64,000 nucleotides of DNA from Eukaryota sp. GEM-RC1 (GCA_040285855.1 JAUFOQ010000017.1:1116001-1180000); one strand, 5' to 3'. Positions 26,126-39,095 are shown, numbered from the stretch's first letter. The notes: generated by a model from the sequence alone, not told the origin. Made by a program: numbers and translations.

Positions 26126-27174
26126 TATTTGATTTAATACTAGTCGAACGTGATGGTGGTGATTTGATTGATTGATTGATTATAATCGAGCTCAGATCAA
26201 CGTGATCAACGTGAAAGATTGAGTGAGTGGTCTCTATTTTTGGAAAATTTCAGTAAGTTTCTTCAAAGGTGAAGTCAACACAATTGGTGCTATTATTGGT
26301 TTATCAATCAATAATTAAAACTATTTTTTGGAGAATTAAAACCCAACACGAAATCTCTACGCTTAACTGCATATGTTGATTGTACATATGGTAATCTTGT
26401 TTTAAACAATTGTTTATGTTTTAACCTCATCTTGAGATCGGTGTTCCTTTTCTCTTGATAACGTCAAGAATCATTTTATGATTTCTTTATGTCATATGAT
26501 TCATTTTGTTCAGAGATTATCAATGTCTATAGTCACTCTGATGTCATAAAGATTCATCATCTGAACAGGTAAAACAGTTTTTAAAAGACTAATCAAAATT
26601 GTTATTGTGCAGTAAGTAGTGGATATCCATATGGTTCAGAAAAAGGTGTCAAAAATCAAAAGTCTATGGTGACAGTGACGCCACAGGTTGTATATGTTAG
26701 TTGTATATTTTAGGTTTGTATACATTGCTACTTTTTACAAAACATACATCTTCTTTTCTACACGTACATGTAACTAACTTCTACTATTGTTAATGATACT
26801 TTCCATTCAATATGAAACTCTCATTCCCTTAAATACTTATTCTATATATTAAACTTATCAAATATGAATTCGTACTTGATAGTGTTCTTACAAATTACTC
26901 ACAGTGAAGTGTGAGACTCAGATGCTCCGTGGAATCATCACTTGGTCAAATCTGGAGCAATTTGGTATTGATCCAAAAGTCAGTGAGTTCTCTCAAAATG
27001 TGTAATTAAGTGTGTTATCTCTCGAGACGTTAAGTCCTTTAGAAAGATTTGCGAAGCAAAGTAGTCTGACTAAGATGATATAATTGAGTATTTAGTACTA
27101 TTTTGTTTCCAATAACAATAACTAATTAATTGGTCAAATATTTGCATATGTTTTATAATTGCTGATCATTAAGA

Positions 27175-28467
27175 AGAACTGGTAATTGATGATATTAATG
27201 TCCCTTTCATTAATTGTCGTTCATCTGGCTTCCGTTTTCTTGGTTGTTATCTCGGAAACAATGAACAAATTGAGAAAAAGTTGGACGAATATCTTGTTGA
27301 AATTCAAAATGAACTGAATCAGATCAAAGCCCTGGCTCTGGAAAAACACTTGAAGTTCTTTCTGCTGAAAGTGTGTTATTCTGGCAGAATCATCCATCAT
27401 TTACTATCTCTGGCCCCTGAATTATCAATTGATTTCTGTCGGGCTTTCAACAAAATTAGAACATAATTCTTGGCTTATCTTTTGCAAGTCAACCCGAATT
27501 TATTGAAAAATCTTATTTTCTCTAATGTCAATTTAGGTGGAATAGGGTTTACAAGTTCTAGATACTGGACAAAAGCTGCTTTCATTGGTGGAGGGAAAAA
27601 CTTTATATTTGAATTTAGTCAGAGATATCCTCACAAATTGTGTCTTCTAGAATCTGTAAACAGTTTCTATTTGAATAGTCTTCGTAAAAAAGTCAGTTCA
27701 CTTAGTCCAGAAGTTTGGTCCACTTGTTTTCCGAGAGAAATTCAAAATATCCCAGAAAGAAGTTTGGTTTCTTTAAGGTTTGCTCTGAAAAAGCTTCAGC
27801 ATCATCTTTCGAAACGTTTTGAAAGTTTGGATTTTGTTGTTCGCATTAGCTCGGCTAAACAAACTAATCCTACTTTCGCTAATTTTTGTTAGATTTACAG
27901 GATAGCTCTGCATCAGCTTTCCTCAATCAAATTCCGCAAATTTACGGATTGTTACTAGATGATCATCAGTGGACCACTACAATGCGTTAAAGATGCTTTT
28001 GATGGCCTCATAATCTACCCAATGATTGTTACTGCAAATGTGGACAATTGGTAACGTTATCTCATACATTTTCATGTTCGCATTACACAACTTATCGATC
28101 TGCTATCCATGACCCTGTACGCGATCAGCTACATGCCATGTGCAAATCTTACAAAATTGAATCTTTCATTGAACCTTTGAACACATTGTCCATGTTGAAT
28201 ATTCACTTGTCCCATTTGCGATTTCCATATATGGTAGATTAGGCAAATTGGCCTTGAAGTTCCTTGATGAATTTGCAAAGGTTGTAGCTCGTAGAACTAA
28301 CAAAATATTTGATCGTTCTTTTGGCATAACCGAATTGTCTTTACGATTCTAAAGGCAGTTCCCACAATGATTTCAAAAGCTTTGTTATCCCTAAGTGTGT
28401 TTTATGAAGACAAAGCTTCAACAAGGTTCGATTCGAAGGAATCTTGTTTTGATGACATTGAGTATTA
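27175..28467 (+). mobile_element. 5'-truncated CRE-like non-LTR retrotransposon
   Basis: FLGCYLG, LEKHLKFFLLKVCYSG, LGGIGF, CKCG..HTFSC, IHDPVRDQ; homologous to 6165-7565, with an internal deletion. Confidence 0.8.
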
Positions 28468-29259
28468 GATCATCTTTTTTATTTTCGAACAAATGTACGT
28501 TAACCTACATTTGCACTAATTGCAATACCTTCAGATAAGTCTTTAGCACACTGTGAAGTGACTCAGCCCTTGAGGAAGCTCGTTGTCCAAGGTTAAATGT
28601 GTTCCGTAGACGATAACCAAGAAACTTCTCACATCAAAGTGTGGATATGCTGAAGAAATTCAAGAACGTGTTCAAATTTTGTATCCATTTCGCATTTCAA
28701 AACAAGTGTCACTGGCAGATTCAATACCTAATGAATAACATACACAAAGCCAAAGCAAATCTTTATCTTATTGAAATTCCTCTTCTAGAACATTTTCTCG
28801 GACATGTTTTCTAAGAGTGGGTCTTAGAATACCAATATGTCTACAGTTGTTTGGATAAGAATGTCCAATAATTGAAGCAAAGCCACGCTCAAAAAAACGT
28901 GAAAAAAGAGATACTGTGATATCTGTGGTGTCGTCATCACCTATATCGGCAGACCACTTTAATAATGGTACATAGAAAGATTTATGGTACGCAATGTGGT
29001 ACGTAACTTGAAATAACACCAATCTACGGTACGTTTGCAATCAGTGTCTTGTTTGTATAGTTTGAGAAATCTATTCTAAAGAACCAATTAATATCAACTC
29101 AGATTTGAGTATACTTGATGCTGATTAATAATAGCATTTTCAAACAGAGAATCCAGGCAAACAGCATGTAAACGTCACATGCAACTATGCTCAATAAAAA
29201 CACATCATGGTTCTAAGACTTGTCGTTCATTCAACCAAAACAGATAATTGCACATTAAT

Positions 29260-30438
29260 TTATTTCAACATTTTCTTCAAAAAGTTGCCAATGCCAGGAA
29301 CGTAATGAATAATCAAAGAAGAAAGAGTTACAACCACAACAGAATATCCAACAACAAAATACAAATTAGTTACACTGTACCAACCAATGACCAAAGACGC
29401 ATACCATGTGATTATCATCCAGGAAATAATATAGATCGGCATAATGTTCTGACTCCAGAATTTGAAGAGCTTGAATACAACTTTAGGTATGGCATTCTTG
29501 GAGAACAAAAATCTGAAGCCCTCCAAGACCAATATGTTCTGGCAGATGAAGAAGATGTTGATGAGTGGGTGTTGACGATAATAGTTGAACTCGTCATCAA
29601 AACCGTAATGATCAAGATTCGGCCAGAATACAAACATTGCAATGAATAAACATACCCAGATAATGACAGCACCAATCAGAAGCTTCTTCATTGGAACAGA
29701 ATCTTTGGTGCGATCACCATAAGGACGCCAGTACGAGCCGAGAAGGAGTCCAACAACAGGGAAAATTATCCAACTTCTAAAGGGGAAGTAGCAGAGGTAG
29801 AAATCTCCGAGGAAGAAGTATCCAAAAATTCCGGTAGGATCAGAATCAGTTTCAATTAAGGAGAGAATCATGACAATGATTGTCGTCAATGTTAGCTGCC
29901 CTACTTCTGACACAGAAAATGACCGCATCATGGCAATGTACAGAAAACAGGCTCCCACAAAGGGATATATGTCCAGGATAAAGAACATATCCCAATATCC
30001 TTCAAGATAAACATCGTCATAACACAAGTCCCGGAACTGACAACTAAGCATCAAAGGCACCTGGTCACGAACAAAGTTCAGGACATAAGCAAAGACGAAC
30101 AACTTAGCACCTCTTCTAGCCAATGTTTTGGCATTGTTTCGTTCTGGATCAGCTGCGTTGATACCCATAATAAACATAAACATAACTGCTACAGATCCAG
30201 GACCTTTCTGTGTCCACAACAATACAGGAGAATCCCAGAGGTCGTAGTCCGCAAAATAAATGATCACATGATGAATCATCATGAGAAGGATAGCCATGCC
30301 TCTAGCGAGATGCATTGCATCTTGGCGATGGACAATTTCAGGGTCGTGCTTCTTGATTCCAACACTTTCAGTTTCTACGTCTGGGAACTTCAATGGATTT
30401 GCGGTCGTCAGCTCAATACCAACTTCTTGGTTTGACAT
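29260..30438 (-). CDS. DUF1624 / HGSNAT-catalytic-domain-like multi-TM acyltransferase
   Basis: RQDAMHLARGMAILLMMIHH, FMFIMG, RRGAKLF, DIYPFVG and YFPFRSWIIFP; many hydrophobic segments; intact 392 aa. Confidence 0.8.
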   Translation of the reverse strand: MSNQEVGIELTTANPLKFPDVETESVGIKKHDPEIVHRQDAMHLARGMAILLMMIHHVIIYFADYDLWDSPVLLWTQKGPGSVAVMFMFIMGINAADPERNNAKTLARRGAKLFVFAYVLNFVRDQVPLMLSCQFRDLCYDDVYLEGYWDMFFILDIYPFVGACFLYIAMMRSFSVSEVGQLTLTTIIVMILSLIETDSDPTGIFGYFFLGDFYLCYFPFRSWIIFPVVGLLLGSYWRPYGDRTKDSVPMKKLLIGAVIIWVCLFIAMFVFWPNLDHYGFDDEFNYYRQHPLINIFFICQNILVLEGFRFLFSKNAIPKVVFKLFKFWSQNIMPIYIISWMIITWYASLVIGWYSVTNLYFVVGYSVVVVTLSSLIIHYVPGIGNFLKKMLK

Positions 30439-31702
30439 GCGAAGAAGGGAAATTGATTTTGAACAGTCTAGGATGATTCTAGATTGGCTGCAAGATCACA
30501 ATCTTGTAACTCACTTTCACATCCTTTGTCAAGATGATAAATTTAGACTATCAAGGTAGTTCTGAAGCTATCTACATCATTTTCTTCTAGTTCTGTATGT
30601 ATGAGACCTCCACATTGTGCTTCACAATTGTTTTTCTTGGAAAGCTGTTGTTGACCCCATAGGTTTCCCTCCATCAGGATTGTATCTGCATTTTTTGTCA
30701 AAGTCCTTCCCTGACATAGCTTCGGAAGATCAATAAGAAGACACAACGTTGTTCAAGTAACAATGATGTTTAACATGCGGGTGAAACATCACCATCGTTG
30801 TTCATGCTTGATTTTTAAACCCCAAAAGCCTTTCAAGGGGACAGAGATACGATCGTCAACACAACGCTGATTTTCTTTTGTAAATTGCTCATGTCTTCTT
30901 TGCAATGGTGTTTCAAATAGAACAAACAGATCTCATTGTGTTGGAGCTCTGTTGAGGTTTTCTCTGTACATGATAAAATTGAATTTATTGAACGACCAAA
31001 TGGAAGAGAATCACCACGCTGTATTCAATGGGAGAATATTTGGGCTAAATCTAGACTGTGAAGGATACTGTACCTTGCTGCATCCCGATAGTTCTGAATT
31101 TATGGAAAACAGTAGTGTTGCGAGACACGTATCATAACTGTTGGAAACGGTCCAGAAACGTATTTGGACAGTGCACATCGCAATCACAGATTCGGTAATT
31201 TCAAATTTATGTTTAATGCTTGGAAACGTTTCACGTAACACTAAAACAAGTGCCTACTGCCACAAGTATAGAATTAAATGTACATGTGATCTTCGTTCTC
31301 AACAAATACATTGTCAATTACAGTATAAAAACTCAAAACAGGGCTAAACTAATAATGGTAGTGATGCGAGGAACGTTTCTACGTTTCAGTTTTTTTTCGT
31401 TTACGAAACGGTTCAAAGGACTAAACATAATTTTGAAATTGCCAAAAATGGATAATCTGTGGTTGCGATATACACCGTGCAAATACGTTTCGGAAACGTG
31501 GAAACGCAGGAACGTTTCCGCAACAATTTTGGTATGTTTCTCGTAACACAGAAAATGATGTATAGTGAGGTTAGAGTTTATTTGTTTGTACGGTCTATCA
31601 AAGAGAGTACACAAATAGCCATTTGAGAATTGGGTACAAAAATAGCCACACCCCACTACTACTAGTAGTAATACCAATGAAATTGATTTTCGTATAAGCC
31701 AA

Positions 31703-33822
31703 ATGTTGTCCTTCTTCTCCAAGTTCGTGTCAGCATCGACAGGCTTTCCATATAAGATTCTATCAAACTACTATGACTCCAACTCTTTCTGGTCTCTTCA
31801 TAACTCAACCAACACATCCACTAAACTGTCCTTCTCCGCTATCCTACTTGATGCCAAGTCTCTCCCCACTTCATTTCCACCTCTAGCTGATGCTACCAAA
31901 TCAATGATCAAATATCGTCATCCTTTTGTTCTTTCCGTCAATGACGTCTCCCACTCACGTGACAACTCTTCCTGTACCATAATTGCCCCCTGTTTTCTCC
32001 CTCTTTCTTCATTCCTCTCTTCCTCTACTCTCCCATCTTCTTGCCCCTACTATGAGGTCTTCACAACACTGAAGGATGCTTTTTCTACTTCCTTCCGTGT
32101 CTTTGACCTGTTTGTGTGCCAACTCTTTGAAGCACTTTGCTTCTGTCACTCCAACGGTCTATCTGTCTTTGGTAGTTGTACTTCTGGACGAATGGCTTCG
32201 ACGTTAATAGCGGTATCGATGTCAGGTGAAATGTTTTTAAATCCTGTAAATTTTCAAAAATTGATAACCTGTCGAGTACTCGAATGGATGGTTTGATTAG
32301 TAATGATTTTAAAATGTTTGGCGAAATAATTGAAGGTGCACGTCAGCATTTTCCTTCAAGATTTAACCCAAAACTTTTAAAAATTGCGTCCGCAATGAAG
32401 ACTTCGAATGGCGATGTTTCCCGTTTTGGTCATTTGTTTGACGAGATAGCTAAAATCCCACGTGATCTTTTTGAGCGATTGATGACTATTGCAGTAATAG
32501 CATCACGTGGAAGACACGTGTTAATGACTGAGCTATCAGAATTGATTGACAGTTTTCCATCACATTTGATTGGTTTTTCTGTAATATCGTCACTGTTAAA
32601 TGCCATAAAGTGTCCGTCATTAAACGATGACGATGCTGTTGGATCTAACAAAGCTGACAGAAACTATCTTTTTAAAATTGTTGTGGATTATTTGAATATT
32701 TTGCGGGATCGTCAAGACTTTTTAGTTTTAGACCTAGTAGTTACAGACCTACTTCTTCCGTCAATCAACGAGCTCATTTCTGAAATGCAGCAATTGCCAA
32801 ATAGAATTTCTTCTGGATGTCTGGCAATTCCGCTATGTATAGAATTTTTTAAAACATTCGAAAACAATGAAAGTCCGCTCAATATCGATTCGCTTCTTTT
32901 CTCACCACTGTCATCCATACTACTGGTCTCCCAACTCCCAGTATCTGTTCAAGCTTCTGCTGTCAAGGCTTTAATAGCTCTAGCCACCAACGACTTCATT
33001 TCTTCATCAAATAGCTCTGATATTAACAAAATAGTGTTCAAGTTAGTTGCTGACAAGGAATTCTCCTTGAAATCCTTGGGTTTAGTCTTGGCTTCAAAGG
33101 TGATTTCCTTACTCAGTTTTAGAACAATGAACTTGCTGTCTAGTATTATTACTAAATTGAACTTGGAAACGAGTCCTCTACACGTGTTGACTAGTGTTTG
33201 TGTTCTATGTCAGTCGTTTTCTCAATCAGAATTGATTGATTCGGTAATGATTGTTTCCAGTTTATTACCCACAGTTTCTAAACTTGCTCTTTCTGACTCT
33301 TACTCTCTTTCTAAAACTGCTGTTGTTGCAATGAAATCTCTTGTGTTGAGGCTTGAATCTGAAGTTGAGCAGAAGAAAGATGCAGAGGAGAAGAAAGAAG
33401 CAGAGGAAATACAAGAAGAGAACGACCATGAGGAAGTTGTGGAGGAAGAAGAAATTGAGGAAAGTGATGAGGATTTGATTGATTTGCCAAAAGAAGAAAG
33501 TCATTATGACCGTCACGATGATGAGTTTAGCTTCGATAACATCACTGAGGTGAAGCCTGTGAGTCCTGCGTTGAATCCATTCAATCTCGGAAAGTCAGAA
33601 TCGACTACCATCGCTAGTAAATCACCAGCAAAAGAGGAAAGTTGCGGTGAATACCAATCAGATCCAATAGAATCGAAAAAGGAAAGTATACCCTCACCTG
33701 ATCCTGATTTTGACTGGGCAGACTCGTTTGATGCTAAGCCTATGAAAGCAAAGACTTTAACTCTTGGAAATAGAACTAGAAAGAAAGGACTTCAAGCCAA
33801 GAGAATCAATAAACCAATGTGA
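31703..33822 (+). CDS. SCYL1: SCYL1/Cex1-like pseudokinase with HEAT repeats (apparent frameshift at A-run ~32256-32260)
   Basis: N-terminal FPY..FWSLH..KYRHPFVL, helical repeats and an acidic tail. Adding one A joins ORFs 31703 and 32284. Confidence 0.65.
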
Positions 33823-34343
33823 GAGATTTGCTTTTAGTTCTTGATTTAAAGATTTCTACAGTGAATGTGAGTAAACTCTAGAATGTAGTTTTAAACTGAT
33901 ACTATAGAGATACATGTACATGTAAATGATTTAGTGTACTTCTTAATGTAACGCTGTTGAACGTAGTTGGTACCAACATCAAACAAGATTATGACAAGAA
34001 ATAGTACTGTTCCACAGTGCATATATACACAATGAGAAGCTTACGCTAAGTTAACTGGAAAAGAGATCTACGGTTGTTTTGAAGAGCAGTCGAAAAACCA
34101 CCCAGACGAGGCGAAACTAACGAAGGGTTCGTCAACAGTAATCTCAAATAACACGACGATGATAAGTATTGAGGAACGAAACTGACGAGAAGACCATGTA
34201 TGATACACTCTCTGTAGATCATACAACTACCAGAAAGTCATATCTACACCTTCCTCCTTTACAACGGAAATTGAGTTTGATAGAGTTGTTGGAAAAGGGA
34301 TGTATCACAATCAATCTAGATCTGGATGTGAATTTCCCTTCAC

Positions 34344-35545
34344 ATGCCAAACAATGAAGTTGGTATTGAGCTGACAACTCCCAATCCTCTGAAAACTCCC
34401 AATCCTCTGAAGTTTCCGGACTTAGAAACTAAAAGTGTTTGCAGCAACAAACAGGATATAGAAGTTGTGCATCGTCAAGATGCAATGCATCTCGCTAGAG
34501 GTATGGCTATTCTGTTTATGATGATTCAACATGTGGTATCCTATTTTGGTGCTTATGATTTATTTGAATCTCCCTTGTTTCTATGGAGTCTCAACGGTCC
34601 TGGATCTGTAGCTGTTATGTTTATGTTTATTATGGGTATAAACGCAGCTGATCCAGAACGAAACAACGCCAAAACATTGGCTAGAAGAGGTGCTAAGTTA
34701 TTCGCTTTCGCATATGCCCTGAACCTCGTTCGAGATCAGTTGCCCATGATGCTCAGTTGTCAGTTCAGGGATGTTTGCCATGATGATGTATATATCGATG
34801 GATATTGGGATTTGCTCTTCCTCGTGGACATCTATCCCTTTGTGGGAGCCTGTTTTCTGTACATTGCCATGATGCGGTCGTTTTCCGTGTCAGAAGTTGG
34901 TTGGACAGCTAACATTGACAGCAATCATTGTCTTGATTCTTTCATCAATTGTTGAAGATTCTGATCCTACTGGAATTTTAGGCTACTTCTTCCTCGGAGA
35001 TTTCTCTCTCAACTACTTCCCCCTTCAGAAGTTGGATAATTTTCCCTGTAGTTGGACTCCTTCTCGGCTCCTATTGGCGTCCTTATGGTGATCGCACTAA
35101 GGATTCTGTTCCAATGAAGAAGCTTCTTATTGGTTCTGCCGTTATCTGGGTATGTTTATTCATTGCAATGTTTGTATTCTGGCCAAATCTTGATCATTAC
35201 GGCTTTGAGGATGACTTCAACTATTATCAACAATATCCTCTCACTAACATCTTCTTTATCTGTCAGAACCTTTTGGTCTTGGAGGGCTTCAGACTTTTGA
35301 TCTCTAAGAACCTTGTTCCGGAAGTCGTGTTCAAACTCTTCAAGTTCTGGAGTCAGAACATTATGCCGATATTCGTTGTGTCCTGGTTGATTATATCTTG
35401 GTATTCTACCTTGGTAATTGGATGGAACAGTGTGATGAAAGAGTATTGGCTAGTGGCTTATATTGTAACAGTAGTAACTCTTTCTTCTTTGATCATTCAT
35501 TTTGTTCCTGGAATCTCTAAGTTATTCAAGAAAATGTTCAAATAA
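34344..35545 (+). CDS. DUF1624-like acyltransferase paralog (two frameshifts; possibly a pseudogene)
   Basis: Closely similar to 29260-30438. Carries a 4-bp TTGG duplication at ~34897-34904 and an extra C at ~35020. Confidence 0.75.
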
Positions 35546-35712
35546 AGCACTTTAAGTTTCATTGCAAACATTTCGATAAAGAACTCATTTCAGGGTTGTT
35601 ATCAGTTTTTTAATTGATTCAAGAGAAAAAAAGTCCATCATGGACAAAGTCTGAAAACAGTCTGAGTAAAACTCGAACGCAATTCTTGAACTGAAGCCGT
35701 TCCTAGTATTTG

Positions 35713-36762
35713 ATGTCATTTCTCCATTACCACACAACTCCACTCACATATGATCAACTATCAGAAGTATCTTGTTCTTCAGTTCTTTCTGAGTATTTTG
35801 ATGCTGTTCATCAAGCACAGTCTTCTTTTGTTCTCGAATCACAATCTGCTGTTCTTCTACAATCCCATGTACGTCGATTTCTTCTTCGCCGTAACTTCCT
35901 ACGCCTTCAACGTAAGACCCTTCTAATCCAGTCAATAATTCGTTCGTTCTTAGCCCGACGCTTCTACCATCGCCTACGCAACCAATCTCAACAAGAAAAA
36001 CATCATCTCCACCTCACTAGAAACGCCATCCTAATACAATCTGCTTTCCGCGGTTACCTCTCGAGAATAACACAAGGAGACTACTACAAGTCTAAGAACT
36101 TCCTCAACCAAGTACTGCAACAGAACCAACTAATTAGGCAGGAGTTTGAACTTATTGATCAAGAGAATAGGCGTGCAGATCAAGAAGATGCCGAACGTCA
36201 GCATTTGCAGATCTTCCAAGAAGTCGCTTCGTCTCATCATCATCTCTTGTCAACCCAGGCTAACCCCGGGGTTCTGAATCCACGTCATTACAGCTATCCA
36301 GAGGTATTTGACCAGCCCATTGAAAAAGCCATTGATGAATACTCTAGAACAACGCTCAATTCCCACAAAAAGTCAAGAAGAATCAACAAGACTAAAATCA
36401 GAATGGTCGTTTCTGAACAATGTCAGGGTCCGTTCAAGCCAAAGCATGTCGTTGATTTCAATAGGTCAAAGAAAGTTGAGCCTTGCGTGAGGATGAGCAA
36501 CAAGTATGATGACGAAAAGAAACAACGTAATCTAGATGAATTAATTAATAAGAAAGTTATTGAAAGTATTCATGGTAAGCTGTTTACTTCTGTTTCTAAA
36601 CCTAAACCACTGTCATTCGAACCCTCTCTGAATGCTTCTGTTCCTTATGATCTTGATTTGAAAGAAAAGAAAAGAATCGGGGGACTTACTGTTGGGAGAC
36701 GGTTGGAAACATTTGACCAGTACGCAGAGCAAAAGTTGATAGAAACTATACCGAGGTATTGA
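35713..36762 (+). CDS. SPATA17: IQ-motif protein, SPATA17-like
   Basis: Three IQ motifs (LQSHVRRFLLRR, IQSIIRSFLARR, IQSAFRGYLSR), then DYYK, HHLLSTQANPGV.NP and QGPF. Confidence 0.7.
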   Translation: MSFLHYHTTPLTYDQLSEVSCSSVLSEYFDAVHQAQSSFVLESQSAVLLQSHVRRFLLRRNFLRLQRKTLLIQSIIRSFLARRFYHRLRNQSQQEKHHLHLTRNAILIQSAFRGYLSRITQGDYYKSKNFLNQVLQQNQLIRQEFELIDQENRRADQEDAERQHLQIFQEVASSHHHLLSTQANPGVLNPRHYSYPEVFDQPIEKAIDEYSRTTLNSHKKSRRINKTKIRMVVSEQCQGPFKPKHVVDFNRSKKVEPCVRMSNKYDDEKKQRNLDELINKKVIESIHGKLFTSVSKPKPLSFEPSLNASVPYDLDLKEKKRIGGLTVGRRLETFDQYAEQKLIETIPRY

Positions 36763-37320
36763 AGTTAATCAAATCTGTTTGGTTGTTTTTGGTTGTCTTT
36801 TATTCTCGTTGTTTTTCTAGTTGGTTTTTGTACATTATGTTTTCTAGATCATTTCAGATTTTTTGAATTTCTCTTCTATTTTGTATTATACTTTGGATGT
36901 ACAGTATCAAACCGTCAGTTTTATTGAAAAAATTAAAAAATCCTATTTTAATTTTTGTTTATGTGAAAATCAATCCATACGTGTAGAACTGAATCGTCTT
37001 CTTGTCAGTTAACAACCAGAATAAATTTTTCAAAATAATATCAAACACGTCATATCAGTAGTTCTTAGAACTTGAAGTTCAAACTTAATGTTAATTGGAG
37101 TTCTTCACAAAAATCACACAAAAAAGGCACCGATTGAGTCTAGATGTGAACATCATAAAGTCTTCGATATATGTTCAATCAACAAAGGGATGACGTCAAG
37201 TTATAGCAGTAATAAAGAGTAGGTATTCTGACTTAGAATCAGTAAGTAGAAGACCCTTTTGGGTGAGATACAAGGATTCTTGAACACAATCTCTGAATGT
37301 TCAAATGAAGAAAGTGTCGG

Positions 37321-37794
37321 TTAGAGTTTTCTTGTGACAGTTGTGGTTGCTTTGAACTTCTGAACAGCATCTTTGATCTTCTTTGCGGTAGAGGTCCTTG
37401 GGATAGGGGTAGTCAAGTCATGTGAGGATAACACGATATCCTTAAAAATTTTGTCAGTGATATCCAGAACTGTAAGTGCATGTTGATGTCTCTGCTCCAG
37501 TTCGTGTGCCTCAACATTAGCTTTAGCAGACAGGGGTCTCCAATGAGATATCAGAAGGGATTCGATAAAGGACATTATTTGTTGTTCTTGATGTTGTGGA
37601 AAAAATCTCTTGACCACATTCTTGTCAAGTTCTTGCCATGCTTGACTAATTGATATCTGAGTCAATCTGCGGGCTCTGTTAGTTGAGTTAGCCTGTATTT
37701 CTGCGTTTGAAGAAGTGTCTCTTTGTTTGTAACTGATGGTTAAATGGCGATGAAAACAACTACTATACTTAAGATTTCCTGATGTCCTCCCCAT
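37321..37794 (-). CDS. Hypothetical protein (possibly TE-derived)
   Basis: 157-aa ATG-initiated ORF with no recognised motif. Confidence 0.3.
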   Translation of the reverse strand: MGRTSGNLKYSSCFHRHLTISYKQRDTSSNAEIQANSTNRARRLTQISISQAWQELDKNVVKRFFPQHQEQQIMSFIESLLISHWRPLSAKANVEAHELEQRHQHALTVLDITDKIFKDIVLSSHDLTTPIPRTSTAKKIKDAVQKFKATTTVTRKL

Positions 37795-38569
37795 GTTTCC
37801 AAGATTTGTGTATCTTTCAATCAGTTATCATCCAGTCTATTCTAAGTAATGGGGGTCTTCTTTGTTCCATCTATCACGTACTACCCCCTCCCCCCAACCC
37901 CCCTTACAATAATCTCATTTCCACAACTTCCTAACGGTTTTGTGTTTCTTTCGTATGTCTGATTAATCGTACTGATTTATGTTTATATATGTTATAGATA
38001 TTTCTTTCTGGTGATATGTGGCTCGAAAACTGAAACTGAATTTGAATATCGTGTTGTTTTCTTATCTGGCATTATGGAAGAAATTTCTGTAATTATTCCT
38101 GTTGAAAAGGGTTCCTTGGATGCCGAAAATTGTATTACAATGTAAATTGTACGTTTTCAATATTGCATTAAATTTTAGGATCAGGTCAGAGCTCGATCTT
38201 ATGGCATTAGTCTTTGTATATCAACAGATTCTCTTTCATCTCACAGTGGTCTTCTTACAGTTAACCAATGTCAGAGAGTTCGGGGTTCAGAAAATGAGGT
38301 GCACAATGAAATGATGTCCTCACATGTTCTATCTTCTAAATAGTTGACAAACGTTAACGGTGATTCTTGCAGTAAACAATTCATTGTCCACATTGCCCAA
38401 ATTTTGTATCAAGATATCAATCTAGGCAAAAGTTGAACCTGGATTCCAACAAATCAATGAACGCAAATTTGTTGTCAGCATATACCTTTACCACATGTAC
38501 TCTTTCATTTCGACCACGACACAACGTGAGAAAAGTGGCAAATCGTGTGACACCGGGATTAATCAGTTT

Positions 38570-39095
38570 TTAAGCAGGCGTGGAATCGTGGTAAATTCCT
38601 AAAACATGGTCGTTGTTAAGAACAAACGACAACGAGGTTACGAGCTGAAACAAAGATCAATGTCAGTTCGGGAATTTGTCCTAACCCTGAGAACGAGTTT
38701 TTTCCGTCGAAACGACATGGTGTCCAGGCGATGTTTGAGGATACAATTGGATCACAATTGTACACATTTACGGGCATTGTCAATTTCTATTTGTGGGGTG
38801 ATTTTGGTGCCAACATTCGAAAGCACGTCTTTAAGTACATTGCATGAGTGATCAGAGATCCGTTTTTGTGCTGTCCGTGAACATTAATTGTTCTGTAGAC
38901 AAATTTTGCTATTTTTAAATGAATTTCGATTTTTTCTTTTTCGTTGAACATTTTACAGAGGTGACGTTGGACTTTTGGGGCTTTTTTTTAAGAGAAGTTC
39001 AATATCAATCGAGCACGACGTCGTGCGGAATTTAATCTTATAACACTAAGGGCAGCTCCTGAAGGATTGCGACATGGCTTAACGCCTCTTTTATT
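38570..39095 (+). ncRNA. Structured ncRNA candidate; putative telomerase RNA
   Basis: CCTAACCCT at 38680-38688 directly follows a three-way junction; several further hairpins and long-range end pairing; no credible CDS. Confidence 0.4.

Noticed and set aside
31110..31555. GAAACG-rich segment with TAGTGTT-like inverted ends
   Set aside because: Probably decayed MITEs, but TIR pairing and TSDs could not be fixed.
38570..39095. RNase P/MRP, SRP or spliceosomal snRNA identity for the structured region
   Set aside because: I could not find the P4 (CR-I/CR-V), U2 branch-pairing or U6 ACAGAGA-AGC signatures by eye. An Rfam cmscan is still needed to exclude them.
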